Shown: positions 1-13,200 of the stretch, one piece after another
Layout of the letters: every line of letters begins with the position of its first letter
Numbering within the stretch: the stretch's first letter is position 1
Origin: Elsinoe ampelina
Taxonomy: Eukaryota
Length of the DNA: 64,000 bases
Assembly (NCBI GenBank): GCA_010093995.1
Contig: ML992522.1
Coordinates: forward strand, 1 to 64,000
Direction of reading: 5' to 3'
The notes under the pieces: generated by a model
Database searches by the model: none
Told to the model about the DNA's origin: nothing
What the model saw: only the letters and a program-made list of their open reading frames with translations
Program-made: the position numbers and the translations under genes

Positions 1-427
1 TAATAAAGGAAAGAGAAATTATAAAGAGGCTAGTTAGATACTTATATCTCTTTAATTAAGACTTATAAGCTAGTCTATTTATATAAACAATAGCTGCCTA
101 GCTATTGTTAATAGTTACTATTGTTGCTAGTAATTATAAGCTAAACTAATAGTAAATTCTTACTAATAATTAGCTAACACTAACAATTATAAGCAATTAT
201 AAAGAGATAAAGTAATAAGCTAATTACTTTACTTACATATAACAGGACAGTTCTCTAGCTTTAATAATCTATACCAGAGGGAGAGTGTTATAATAGAAGG
301 CTAGTATAGCTTCTCTAGTACTAAAGAACTGGTACTAATGAGTTAGCGTACGCACAGTAGATAAATCGGTTATTGTAACTCTCTAAATGAAACACACGTC
401 TCTCGATCCGATTTGCTAGTTACAACA
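1..427 (+). mobile_element. RIP-degraded 3' end of an LTR retrotransposon (internal remnant, polypurine tract and 3' LTR)
   Basis: 1-~340 is very AT-rich and TpA-saturated with almost no CpG/CpA and no ORFs. Purine tract AGAGGGAGAG (276-285) is directly followed by TGTTATAAT (286); the segment ends GTTACAACA (419-427), whose reverse complement TGTTGTAAC matches the start with two transitions. Confidence 0.7.
286..427 (+). repeat. Putative 142-bp long terminal repeat (TG...CA, Copia-like TGTTG/CAACA termini)
   Basis: Terminal inverted repeat TGTT(A/G)TAA(T/C)...GTTACAACA, adjacent to a PPT. A second copy is not in the window. Confidence 0.6.
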
Positions 428-607
428 AGTGGGAGCGCCGCCCCGATCTTCGTTATGGAAACCTTAATCTCTAGTGTACTTAGCACGTTCTGTATTGACT
501 GACTGCTGCCGATATGCAATCCCTCGGAGACCGGTCCTTGCACGGTGCTACTGTATGATGGTCTAGCAATCGGCCCGCTTCTCTGCTTGCCAAAGCATCA
601 AGACCTT

Positions 608-677
608 GGCAGCGCCGATATCATGGCAGCGTCGTAATTATGGCAGCGTAGATACCACGGCAGCGTCGATAGTATGG
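608..677. repeat. Tandem minisatellite, 4 x 17 bp
   Basis: Units GGCAGCGCCGATATCAT / GGCAGCGTCGTAATTAT / GGCAGCGTAGATACCAC / GGCAGCGTCGATAGTAT at 608, 625, 642 and 659. Confidence 0.85.
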
Positions 678-1026
678 TAAGATCAAGCGGCGACACGTCA
701 AGCACTTTGAGGAGTGCTGCGAGCATCCTGTGTAAGACTCGTGACGAATACCGTATGTCGTCACACGGGAACCCATCTTGTTTTCATGCTCGTACTAACC
801 AACGGCACATGACGTCCCCTACTGTCTGCCGGGGATGATGAGCGTGCCATGATCATACTCGACAGTCACGCATTACGCAGATGTACGATTTGCAAATGAT
901 GGAGGATAGAGCTCAGATGGCCATGTCCCTACTACTAATCCTCTCGATTGAGTCGCGGACTCGCACAAACTATGTCAGTGTGACCGTTACATACGAAACC
1001 ACCCATCACGCATCTCGAATTTCGTC

Positions 1027-2823
1027 TCATGATGATCGACGTGTACAGCGAAGTCTCAAACCTTGTGGTTTTCGAAGAGCAAAGCCATTCCTATCTGTGA
1101 CTGGCAATCTCTTTATTTGCTCGCCTTGCAGATTGCAGACACTGTAATCAAACATCGAGATGAATGTGGCAATGATGACAGCATTTTCGATCTTTGCGAA
1201 CTAACATTCACGTCAGCAGGAAGATCGAACAACAATGACAGTCCCTTGTAGGACCTTCGGTAGACTGACCCGCATACCCACTACAATGAACAAGTCAGTC
1301 ACAAATGTACCATCAAACGGACGAGCGTAACACCGCAAGGTCTGGACTCACGACAAGGATGTCTACCATTTCCCCAGCCCCCGAAAGCATGAGGTACCCT
1401 CTTGTCTTCGGCTCGGTCTGGCAGATATCGTGCAGGGTCGTATTTTGTAGGATCAGAGTAAATGTCGGGATTCATGTGTATGTCGTCGATATGGAAAGCA
1501 GCATATGCACCCTTTGGGATGACATGTCCGGTACTTCCAATCTGTACGTCATGATCGCTGACATTCTTCCGAAACGCAGCTCCCACTGTCTGCAGGCGAA
1601 TAGATTCGTGTAGGCAAAGATTGGTGAGCGGGAACTCAGACTCCCAATCCTCAAGAGTCAGCGACTTGAGAACTTCGACGCTTGATTGAGAGGAGCTAGT
1701 GCGGTGTTTTGCCACTGCCGCATCTATCTCTACGTGAATCCTCTGCTGCCATTCCGGTTCTGTTGCAAGATAGCACAAGACCCAAGCGACGTTCATGCCA
1801 GAGTTCAGCAGAGCCGCAAGCAGTGCATTGATGACGTACTGAATCGCTGTCAGCGAACGATCAAGTTATACAGGTTTGGTTGGCTTGACTCAGGGAGATG
1901 GCCTCACGTACCAATACAGTCCTCATGATAGATTCACCGTCATCGATCAGCGTCTGCAATGTATCATCCTCGCGCCTGCCTGTCCGCTTCCGATCACGTA
2001 CAATGCGATTGATCAGTAGAAAGAAACGTGTTGACGCTAACAATCGTTTGATATGCTTTGTCGCAGGAAACCAGGGTATGATGATCTTCGCAGTGCTGTT
2101 ATTATCGTCAATGACTTCAACCAGACGAAGTGAATAGTCGAGAAGATCTGGAGCATCCGCTAGCTCCTTGACGCCCACCGTACGAAGGGTAAGAAGATAT
2201 ACTATACGATTCATCTCTACGAAAGGGTCCAGATAACCGACTGTACCGTCGTTGCATGCCAAAGACCTTTTCAGCGCTTGTTCAGTATCTGAGACTAAGT
2301 GTCGGAGGCTTCTGACAAGATTGTCTTTCTTCATGGTCTTGGTGATTTTCCTAGCGAACCAGGAGTCGAACTTGACACCATTCTCGGAGATATTAACTCC
2401 TGGTGTAGCGGTAAGGAGAGCCGCGTAGCTGGATCACCAGTAGGTAAGCGACTATTTCATGCCTCGGTATGACTTTGAAAGTCGTACGTACCCTTCGAAA
2501 AGGCTCAGCTCTTTGCTATCATAGAAAGCCTTGCGGCCTTCTGACCCGGAAAGACCAACGACCAGATACGGACCAACATAGAAGCTGTAGTTGCCAGTCT
2601 TCGATGCCTTCGAATTATCCTTGCAGAAGTCTGCCCGTGCAGAGAAGAATCGAAGGGCGCCAAAGATGGGAGTTTCCTCATTGATTCGAGGAGGAGCAAA
2701 CTTCGAAAGCGAAGACCTCGGGATTGTGCGAACCACCAGTCCGAAAATTGAAGCACACAGGAGTACCCATAGACTAGTCTCCCATCTAGGATACTGCACG
2801 AGAGTGTTGAAAGATGTGTCCAT
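1027..2823 (-). CDS. Cytochrome P450 (cluster tailoring enzyme, resembles the TenB/LepD type), ~506 aa, 5 exons
   Basis: Exons 2823-2492, 2428-1912, 1838-1352, 1280-1270, 1200-1027 splice in frame via GT-AG introns. N-terminal TM anchor, ExxR (ESIR), PxRY, heme motif WGNGRHPCLGMRFAKIE. The subfamily is a recollection-based inference. Confidence 0.92.
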
Positions 2824-3152
2824 GGTTCTGGATGCTGCTCCTTGCATCTCGCGAAGTGTTCGGATCTTAGGAGCGGTGTATTCTCCGCAAGTTGCGTAAT
2901 AGATGATAGGGGATATACAGATAGTGTTGGTGGTGATGACCGAGGTACTACAACTCCCGGTCATTGATTGCGTAGTGTTCTAGGGCAGATGTTGTTATCA
3001 TGACCCACATCTCGATGAGCTTGAGTCGTGGCAGATTCCCAAAAGGAGAATAATCATCCTCGCGCCGACTTAAAAGGTGGAAACTTGGCAACACATTTCT
3101 GGGACGTGCTTCGGATAAACAATACGAAATGAGAATCATCTGAGATGGTACA

Positions 3153-4300
3153 CTATGCAGTGATACGTCCAACAAGCTTCTTTCCAGAGACAGTGCCGCT
3201 CTTCAAGAGTCTCACTCCATTTGCAATACCATCAAGACCACTATCAAGAACCTGCAACGGATGGGGGCGCAATTTCCCTTGATCCAAGAGTTGCTGGAAG
3301 ATTTTGTACCAACGCACTGCGAAGTCGTGTGTCTCCGGGCTGGCTTTCCTTTCGTATCCGTTCCATAACGGGATCGGCTCTCCGAAGACATCCAATGCGA
3401 ATATCCAGTCGTGTTTGACCGCACGTCGCTTGGGCCTCATATCAGCTGGGCACAGTTCGAGAGTAGTGTAACGGCCTCCGGTCCGTGCAATGGTTGCGTA
3501 ACAGCATGCCACAGATAGATTGTCTGTCACGCAGTCAAGTGCGTATTCAAGCTTGTTGTTGGTGACTTGCCGGATAGCATCTGCGGTCTTATCATCTGCA
3601 TAATCGAAGACGTAAGAAGCGCCGTACTCCTTGACTAAGGAGAAGTTCTTGGGCGAACACGTGGCGATGGCTGTGTATCCGGAACTACGAGGGTCAGTGA
3701 TGTGTCCACGACTCGGACGGGATATACTGACAGCTTCAGTAGCTGTAGTACCATCGTGCCCGATGATGTGCTCGCTCCATAGACAAGTACATATTTCGGA
3801 ACACTTCCGGGATCTACAGAGTCATACGGTGTATGCGGTAGTCGCAGGGTGTACCACAGTGATAACGCGGCCGTCTGCAAGCTGACGCCAATCGCTGCAG
3901 CCTCCAACACATCCATATGCTTGGGTACCTTGTAGGTCAGTTGAGCATGAGCCCGCACATACTCGCCGAAGCCACCGTTTCCCGGATCGGAAGGGTTGGA
4001 GCCATGAACATATCCACAGACCAAGTCGCCGATGGCCAAGTCGGATCGTAGCTCGGCCACTGATATGTCAAGACTGACAATCCTGCCAACAAAGTCCGAG
4101 CCGATGATGGCACCAGGAGTGGGGAAGTTGCTGCCCATCTTGAAATCGCAAGGATTCACCGCGTTGGCGATGGTCTTGACGAGGACAGTCTTGGGACGCA
4201 GTTCGGGAACTCGAACGCTGTGATTCAGGACAGGTTGACCTGCATCGTCTTGAACGACTGCGGATTGGGTGTGGGGGATGGTCGCCGAGAGAGCTGGCAT
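3153..4300 (-). CDS. Trans-acting enoyl reductase (LovC/TenC-like MDR family), ~366 aa, 2 exons
   Basis: Exons 4300-3732 and 3684-3153. Motifs AVNPCDFK, GSDFVG, VLVYGASTSSG, ATCSPKNF, VSGKKLV. Lies beside a PKS-NRPS with no functional cis ER. Confidence 0.95.
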
Positions 4301-4973
4301 TTTCTGTCAACAATGGGACTCGCTAAGCAGCAGAGGTGAGTTTTAGCTGAGCGCGAGTGGCGGCAAGCGATGAAGAGGCGGTTCCCGGGCGAGCCTGTCA
4401 AGAAGGTGTACGTTGTCGTATTTCCTGCGTTTCTTTTATGTTCGAGATTCTGCAAGCATACGAGGTCAGTGGATGAGCTCGAACTGCCTTAGCATCGTCT
4501 TCGGCATCCTGGGCCCACATCGAATAGAATCATCCATTGCGATCCGAATTCGGAGAAACCCATCCATGCACGACAGAGTCTTGTGTGCTGCATTGTCTGG
4601 GCGACTCGACATTGTGTTTGCCACAGAGTCGAAGATGAAGCAGCCAGGAGTCAGGGTGGCCCTAACTTGCCCCGCCTTCAAGGTGACGTGGAGGATGCAT
4701 TGTATTAGATCAACGCTAACGGATCGATTCGACTGATCATTAAATTCCATCCATGACTCAAGTACACCCAAGGTAGGTTTGAAGTGAAGACGACCAAGGT
4801 GGGGCCGGTGGGCTCGGAAAACCCCGGAGGACCCCCTGGAATCTGCCGAAGTGGAGACGATCTTGACTTCGAGTCTTCTATCAAATGGCCCCGACAGCCT
4901 CAAGGCACTTGGAAGCATGTTTGATGAGTAGGGCATCATTGTTACATTATCGTTCAACGCGCCAACTCATCTT

Positions 4974-6849
4974 CTAAGCGAGAATGACCCTTTTGAGCCT
5001 GACGTAAGTGTCTTTTGGCTTGGTAGTGACGCCCATTTTGCAGCTGTAGCCGGAAAGGTCTTTTGGACAAGGCAGAAGCTCGAAATTCCACACAATCAAT
5101 GCGAAGATGATTTTGAGCTCCAAATAGCCGAGTCGTCTGCCGAAACACCCACGAATACCAAGCCCGAATGCAAGCATCGGTCCAGCGCCGCTGTCGAACT
5201 CACCATCCTGATGTAGACCAACTTTGCCGTCACCCAGTGGTACGAGCCATCTTTCTGGTCGGAAGGAGTCAATGTCGCGATTGTCCCATTCATTTCGCGT
5301 CTTTCCCTGTCGCTTGGCACCCTGGCAGCTCTCGCTTCGACGCGCTTCGTCAATCTCGAATCCGGGGCTTCTGAGACTGGGCCCTCCAGTTAGCATCAAC
5401 AACAAGGTGCCCTTTGGTATGGGATAGCCAAGCACTGTAGTGTCCACTACAGCTTGACGATCGAGTGCCGGGGTGGTGCCACTGTGACGCAGAATCTCTT
5501 CGATGACTGCATCAAGGTATGGAATGTTAGTTGTTGTGATCTCATCCACGGAGGGACCCCGATTCTCGGACCTAGCCCGCGTATAGCAACGTTGTAGGGC
5601 CGACCGAAGCAGGCTCTGAGACTCTTGGTTATCGGCGAGTTTCTTCAAGCCCCACAGCACGGTGGTGCTGGTTGTGTCGTGACCACCAATGACAAAACCA
5701 AAAGTCTATATCGAGTCAGCGCACCATGTCACATCCTGGCTGCACATCCGAGTAGCTCACCTCTACCATCATCTTTGACGAGAAGAACTGGGGCTCGCGA
5801 TTCTCCTTGGTGGCCAAATCCTTTTCCCGCTGTACCATGTGGTCGATAGCAGACCGAACACGTGGATCTCCCTCAGCGTTGCGTTCCTGATCGCAGGTCT
5901 CCTCCCTCTTCATATGTTCCAGGGCCTGCGATAGCTCCTTGCGTATATATTTGTCTTTGATAGTCAAAGCTTTTCGAAGATGCGGCCGAAGCTTGACAAG
6001 AATCCACTTCAGCCAGACTACTGGTGATCCCTGAACTTCCTCCACAGCTGCTGTCAGATCGAGCGTTGCCCTAATCACCTCAGGGAGCTCTGCCTCGGGA
6101 AAATCCATGGCCTCTTCAACGTTCTCCGAGGCTGCAGCATCCAGCATGGGATCGACAGAGTCTTGTGCGATCGATTGCAGCACCTCTAGTTTCGGACGCG
6201 TTGCATTATACTCGAACTCGCTGCCAAATGCGAAGGCATTAACGCCATCTAGAGCAGTCGTGTAGATATCGTCCTGGGCGCTGAAAGGTTTCCCGGCCGC
6301 CAACTTGGCTTTGAGTATCCAGAGACTTATGAGGACAGAAACCGCTCTATGCACCCCTGGCGCGGCGACGTTGTTCAGGAATCCTGGAGACATCAAGTTG
6401 TGTAGGAGGTTCCGATGAGCCTTCCAAGTGGCATTGGTAGGTTGGCCGAGGTGATGATCTGGGAGTAATCCATTCATGACCTCTCCAAGCATGTCCGATC
6501 TATCCCAGTCCTTGCTCCGCATCAAGATGTCCTGAGATTCGCGAAAGTCCCCCAAGATGATGACCGGTTTAGAGAAAGGACGTATGAATACTTGCATGAT
6601 GGGAGTTTGGAGCTCCCTCATTTGCTCCTGGATCCATTGCATGTAGGTCTTGCCTGACCTGGATGTGCCATCAAGTAGATCAGGAATATCGCCAAAGATG
6701 TTGCGAACGGCTGCGCTTCGGTATGGAATGCCTGGAATGGGTTTTGGGAGCAGCTTTTGACGGAGTAGACGAACAAAAAAGATCAATGGTACCAGGACCA
6801 TGAGAAATGTTTTCCAAAATGGAATTAAGTGTAGAGTTGTCGGGACCAT
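4974..6849 (-). CDS. Cytochrome P450 (resembles the TenA/ApdE type), ~606 aa, 2 exons
   Basis: Exons 6849-5761 and 5705-4974. TM anchor then LPKPIPGIPY, I-helix GGHDTT, EEILR, FRPERW, heme motif FGLGIRGCFG. The subfamily is a recollection-based inference. Confidence 0.93.
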
Positions 6850-7255
6850 CTCTGGTTGAGTAGAAGCCAGAATTCCACTGCGTGACTGAAGAAACTGACA
6901 AGATAGATGTAAGGGACGAACAGTCTCAAGGATGGACACCGACTGAAACTACCGATAGAAGAGCCATTTTGTTGTTTGCAAGTGAGCCTCCATTAACTTG
7001 GTCAGATCTGACGAAGCAGAGCGGGTCCACGCTTGGAAGCCCTGACCTTGACAGATGGTGCAACATGTCACTATGCATGACGGTGACTCGTGACATAGCT
7101 TTGATCAGGAACTGATTGATTGACTTTCTCTTGCGTGGGTATTGGCTCAAGGCCACGAAATAACAACAAGAGAGAACCCTTTGGTATGTAATTGCTTAAG
7201 TAGTGAGTGTTTGTCTTGAAACTCGATCTCACCTCAACATCATCATACTCGCAAA
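6850..7255. promoter_or_regulatory. Putative bidirectional promoter between the P450 and the PKS-NRPS
   Basis: 406-bp gap between head-to-head start codons. No specific motif identified. Confidence 0.55.
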
Positions 7256-10200
7256 ATGACTGCTCAGAACCAAGAAGCCATCGCAATCATTGGCAGTGGG
7301 TGTCGCTTTCCAGGTGACACAACCACCCCTTCCAAGCTCTGGCAGTTACTGCAGGACCCAAAAGATCTTCGGATTCCAGTTCCGCCGTCACGTTTCAATG
7401 CTGCTGGATTCTACCACAAGATTGCGTCCCATCACGGGCATAGCAACGTCAAGGATATGAAGTCATACTACCTATCAAACGATCCCGTGGAACGTTGGTT
7501 CGATGCGCCTTTCTTTGGTATCAACGCAGCAGAAGCCAACGTGCTCGATCCCCAACTTCGACTTCTTATGGAGACTACTTACGAGGCCCTTGAGTCTGCT
7601 GGCCTGCCCATGGAAAGTCTCCAAGGATCCGACACCGGGTGCTATGTCGGTTTGATGATAGGTGAATATGAGCAGTTCATGATGCGGGATCCCGAGAGTG
7701 TTGGGCAGTATCATGTCATGGGCACTGCTCGGAGCTTGATGGCGAATCGATTGTCTTACTTTTTCGACTGGCACGGCCCATCCATGACGATTGACACTGC
7801 TTGTAGTTCAAGCCTCGTTGCCATTCACCAATGTGTGCAGCTGCTCAGATCCGGACAATCTAGGGTAGCTATCGCAGCTGGATCGAATATGATCTTGGAC
7901 CCCATCACCCACATCAGTGAGAGCAAATTATCAATGCTCTCACCAGATGGTCAGAGCCGGATGTGGGACGCTGGTGCCAATGGTTATGCTCGAGGCGAAG
8001 GTGTTGCAACCATCGTTCTGAAACGTCTTAGCGATGCCCTAGTCGACGGAGATCAGATCGAATCAATCATTCGAGAAACAGGACTGAACCAGGATGGAAA
8101 GACTCGAGGTATCACGCTGTAAGTGTAGATGCAAAGGACCACGTGCAAAGAGAAACGCTGAAAGTATACCAGGCCCAGTGCGACAGCACAGACAGCCCTG
8201 ATACAATCCACCTATAGCAGAGCCGGATTAGGCGTCACGAATCCTCTGCAGAGACCGCATTATTTCGAAGCTCATGGGACGGGAACACCAGCAGGCGATC
8301 CAATTGAAGCTGAGGCCATCCATGCAGCCTTCTTTGACAGACCGTCAGGGACTCTTGATACCGACCATGAACCGCTCTACGTGGGCAGTATCAAGACTGT
8401 CTGTGGGCATACTGAGGGCACGGCAGGTATAGCCGCCGTTCTCAAAGCATCTTTGGCCATTCAGAACGCGGTCGTGCCGCCCAATTTACTGTTCGAGAAG
8501 ATGAACCCCCGAATCGAGCGCTTCAGCGAACATCTTCGTGTACCCACGTCACTCCTACCCTGGCCCTCTACGCACGGTCAGCCCCGTCGCGCAAGTATCA
8601 ACAGGTGAGGATATAGGCCCAGTAGGCGAAACAATCTACTTACAAATTGGCCAGTTTTGGTTTTGGAGGCGCAAACGCTCATGTCATTCTCGAGTCTTGT
8701 GCAGAGCAAGCACCAGTCCCAAAAGTGGATCATCGACCAGTACCGGTACCTTTCGTCTTCTCCGCTGCTTCTGGCAAGTCCTTGCAAAGCTATCTCAAGA
8801 AATTCGCGGAATATGTGGCCATCAATAGGGAGGACGTTAACCTTGATGACGTCGCTTTCACTCTGCACAGCCGCCGAAGCCGTCTACCACTTGCCACATC
8901 TGTGGTTGCTTCCGGAGTCGATGATCTATTGTCTACCCTTCACGAAAGGATTGAAGTGGGGGCTCTTGCACATGCCTTTTTGCAGCCTAACGACACGCCT
9001 GGTAGCGTCATCGGTGTCTTCACTGGTCAGGGCGCGCAATGGCCAAGGATGGGTGTCGAGCTCTTGACCAGATGTCCAGCGGCAACAGACATGTTTGCGA
9101 CTCTGGAAAGCCGTCTGGACCGATTGCCGATCGCTGACAAACCTTCTTGGTCGTTGAGAGATGAGTTGGAGCGCACTGCCGCTGCGGGGTCTCGTGTTGG
9201 AGAAGCCGAGCTGTCTCAACCTCTTTGCACGGCAGTCCAACTCGTCCTCGTCCATCTCCTCCGTTCCGCAGGCATCACATTCGATGCAGTGGTTGGTCAT
9301 TCTTCTGGAGAAATTGCGGCCGCTTATGCCGCCGGGATAATATCTGCCGAGGATGCCATCTGCATCGCCTACTACCGCGGATTGCATGGCAAGCTTGCCG
9401 CCGGCGAAGATGGCTGGGAAGGTGCCATGTTGGCCGCCGGCATCACTCCAGATGATGCAGCGGAGCTTCTAGAATCCGATGTATTTCGCGATCGTGCGAA
9501 CATCGCGGCATACAATTCGTCCAACAGTCTGACACTGTCTGGTGATGCTGATGCCATTGAGGAGCTCAAGGAGATTCTGGAAGATGAAGACAAGTTCGCC
9601 CGTACCCTCAAGGTCGAGAAAGCGTATCACTCTCATCACATGAGACCCTGTGCAGTCCCGTATGCTACATCTCTCAAAGCCTTGGAGATCCAGCTTCATG
9701 CACCCAAGTGCACTTGGATCTCGAGCGTCTCAGGCAGAAACATTGTCGATCACGGCCTGGAAAACATCAAGGATCAGTATTGGGTGGACAATGCCACCAA
9801 ACCAGTTCTTTTTATGCAGGCATTGCAACAACTATGTCGCACCAATGACGCTTTCGACTGCAATCTTGCTATTGAGATTGGACCCCACCCAGCATTACAA
9901 GCGCCTGCGACACAAACTCTCAAAGAGACAACCGGTAGGTCCGTACCATATACCGGCCTTCTCAAGAGAGGGACCTCAGATACTCTCTCCGTTGCTGCGG
10001 GACTGGGATTTGCTTGGATGCATCTCCCTCGAGGGACAATTGATCTCAATGCTTATCATCACTTTTGCTCCGATGGGACATCTCCTCGATTAGTCAAGGA
10101 CCTTCCCACATACTCTTGGAATCATGAGAACGAATATTGGCACGAGTCGCGATACACAAAGTCTGTCATGACCAGGAGGAAACATCACGAGCTACTTGGA

Positions 10201-13200
10201 CATACTACTGCCGACGTTACTATGGACAACGAGTTGAGATGGCGGCAGATTTTATCGCCTTCGGAGATACCTTGGCTCAATGGACACCGTCTACAGAACC
10301 AGATTGTATTTCCCGCGGCTGGCTATGTGGTGTTGGCTGTCGAGGCTGCTCGAGAGCTCCTGAGCTTGAGGCCAGAATGCGGTCCCGCAGCATTGATACA
10401 TGTGTACGACATCAACATCAAGCAAGCCATGACTTTCGACAGTGAGGATTCTAGAGTGGAGGCCGTCTTCTCTCTTCTCGGTATCAAGCAACATGAGAAC
10501 ATCGTGTCTGCCAATTTCGGGTATTCTGCAGCTTCGATAGGTACGAATCACAAAGCAGAGAACAGCTCACCGCTACGTCCTCTAGTCACTGGGCATTTGG
10601 AGATCACACTTGGCAAACAAGATCCAGATGCTCTTCCGACTCGTAGCTGCCAACCAGATCTCTTGTTACCGGTCAAAGCCGAAGACTTCTACGAATCTCT
10701 TCAGAAGATGGAGTATGACTACACTGGGCCATTTCGAGCTTTATCGAATCTTCAACGCAAGCTGGGAACGGTTACTGGTTCGGTTTCAACCGAGGATGAT
10801 CCCGAATCTGAACTCCTCGTTCAACCCGGTATGTTGGATGCTGCGTTTCAGGCTGTCCTTTTGGCCAAAGCAGCACCATACGACGGCGCCCTGTGGAGTA
10901 TGCATGTTCCGAAGACCATTGACAGAGTTACGATTAATCCAATTGCATGGGAGCTGTACGAAACCAGAGGCAAGCTTCTTCCGCTTGAAGCCTATCAACG
11001 ACACGGATCGTCCTCCAGGAGCTTCAAGGGAGACGTGGATATTTATCCAGAAGCGCCACGTGCAGGTGGCAGTGCCTCTCATGCACTCATACAGGTCGAA
11101 GGACTTGATTGCGTACCATTCTCTCCAGCTACAGTCCAAGACGACAAGGAAATTCTGTCAACCATTGTTTGGAAACATGACTTCCCCGATGCTACGAAGG
11201 CGGCCCACGATCTCAGCTTCACCGCTGACCCAAGTGAGCTCGAGCTCGCATACTATCTTGAGAGGGTATCGTTCTACTATTTACGCAAGCTGGAAGAGTC
11301 AATTCCTCAGGATGACGTTGTCCGCCGTGCCGATCATCCCTTGAGCAATCTTTTCTCATTCGCAAGATATGTTGGGCTTCGAGTTCAAGACGGGAAACTT
11401 GCTTTCTGGAGGAACGAATGGTTTCAAGACACTCGAGAAACTCTTCTCGCTGCATCTGGACCCTTTGCCCATGTCGCCGACTACAAACTCTTGACAAGGA
11501 TCGGCGAGAACCTACCAGACATCGTGAAAGGGAGACTGACAGCAATTGAGGCTGCACGAAAAGATGATCTCCTCAACGAATTTTACCCGGTTGCTCTCGG
11601 CATGGCATATCACACGACCTATCTCGCAAGGACGGTCAAGCAACTCACACACAGATTCCCACACCTCAGAATACTTGAGCTGGGAGCAGGAACGGGCAGC
11701 GCCACCAAAGCCACTCTGGGTCTAATTGGGGACGACTTTGCATCCTACACTTTCACTGACATCTCTTCTGGTTTCTTTCCGAAAGCGAAAGAGTTCTTCG
11801 ATAGTACGCCGTCGTCCTCCAGAATATCCTACAAGATCCTCGACATAAGCAAGGACCCAGAGAAGCAGGGCTTTGTGCCGCAAGCTTACGACCTTGTCAT
11901 TGCTTCGCAAGTTCTACATGCCACTCCCGTGATGGAAAACTCCATCAGGAATGTACGAAGCCTGCTCAAGCCTGGCGGGTTCCTGGTCGTCAACGAAGGC
12001 ATCAATAATGAGACTGCACGACTGGGCACCATATTTGGTGCATTTCCTGGCTGGTGGCTTGGAGCTGAGAACGATGGTCGACATCTGGGTCCCAATCTCG
12101 CTGTCTCCGAATGGGACAAACTTCTGCGTTCAACGGGCTTCAGTGGGGTGGAATCTTCGGTGCCCGTGGTCGACCCACTCCTGACACCGAATACCGTCTT
12201 TGTGTCGCAAGCTATTGATCGGCGCATACAATTCATCCGCGAGCCTCTGGGGCAATCTAAAAACATTGATGCGGCATCTGAAACCGCACTGCAAAACGTC
12301 CTGCAAGAGCTGATCATCATCGGGGGAAGTACACCCATGACTTTGAACGCCATAAACGGCCTGAAACCACTTCTCCGAGATCATTGTGGTGCATTAATTC
12401 ACTACAACACTCTGGCTGAGCTTGAACACTCTGGTACCCGAATGTCTCAAGGCACAACAATCTTGAGTCTTTCTGATATTGATGAACCTCTTTTCGAGAA
12501 TCTCACCGACCAGTCTTTACAAGCATTCAAAGATATCCTTCACGCCGCCGGGTCAGTATTTTGGGTGACGCAGGGAAGATATGCTGCCAATCCAACAGCT
12601 AATAGTGAGTGATACTATCTGAGTCTTTCACGGAACACAAATGCTTCAGGCAAGTGAAACGGCGCTGACATTTATCTACAGTAACCATTGGAGCCGTCCG
12701 CACCGCAATGCTGGAGATCCCAACTCTGTCATTCCAGTCACTGGATTACGAGGATACAAACGACGTCGATTCTGCCCGTATTGCAGAAAGCTTTCTTCGA
12801 TTTGTGGCTGGCGTGGCTTGGATGCCCCGCAAAGGAGACCAAGAGAGCATGTTCCCTATGCTTTGGACTGTGGAGCGAGAAATCATCCAAGACCAGACTG
12901 GCCAATCGCTAATCCCACGGGTGATTCCTGAGAAGAACATGAATGACCGGTACAATTCGGCGAGACGTAGCATTCTCCGCGACGTCCCCATAGAAGATGG
13001 AGACGATGAAGTCTGTATTGCTGTTGCATCAGCTGGAGACAATGAACACGTTTCGCTGGAGCAAGTTGAGTTGCAAGCTTCGTCAAGCATGCTCCGGCTA
13101 TCCTGTTCAATTTTACTGGCTCAGCGGATCCACGGTCTCGGTCACGTCTACCTCTGCCTAGCCAAAGACACAGACGGCGAGTTGCGAGTCATCCTCTCGG

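Noticed and set aside
608..677. CRISPR-like array
   Set aside because: Contiguous 17-bp tandem units without spacers, in a eukaryotic context with no cas genes.
2824..2964. Longer N terminus for the left P450 given by the ORF track
   Set aside because: Begins at a non-ATG codon; the ATG at 2823 directly precedes the membrane anchor.
4413..4957. ORFs of 107-163 aa between the ER and P450 as an extra cluster gene (e.g. a cyclase)
   Set aside because: No recognisable motif and low coding-like character; most likely terminator/promoter sequence.
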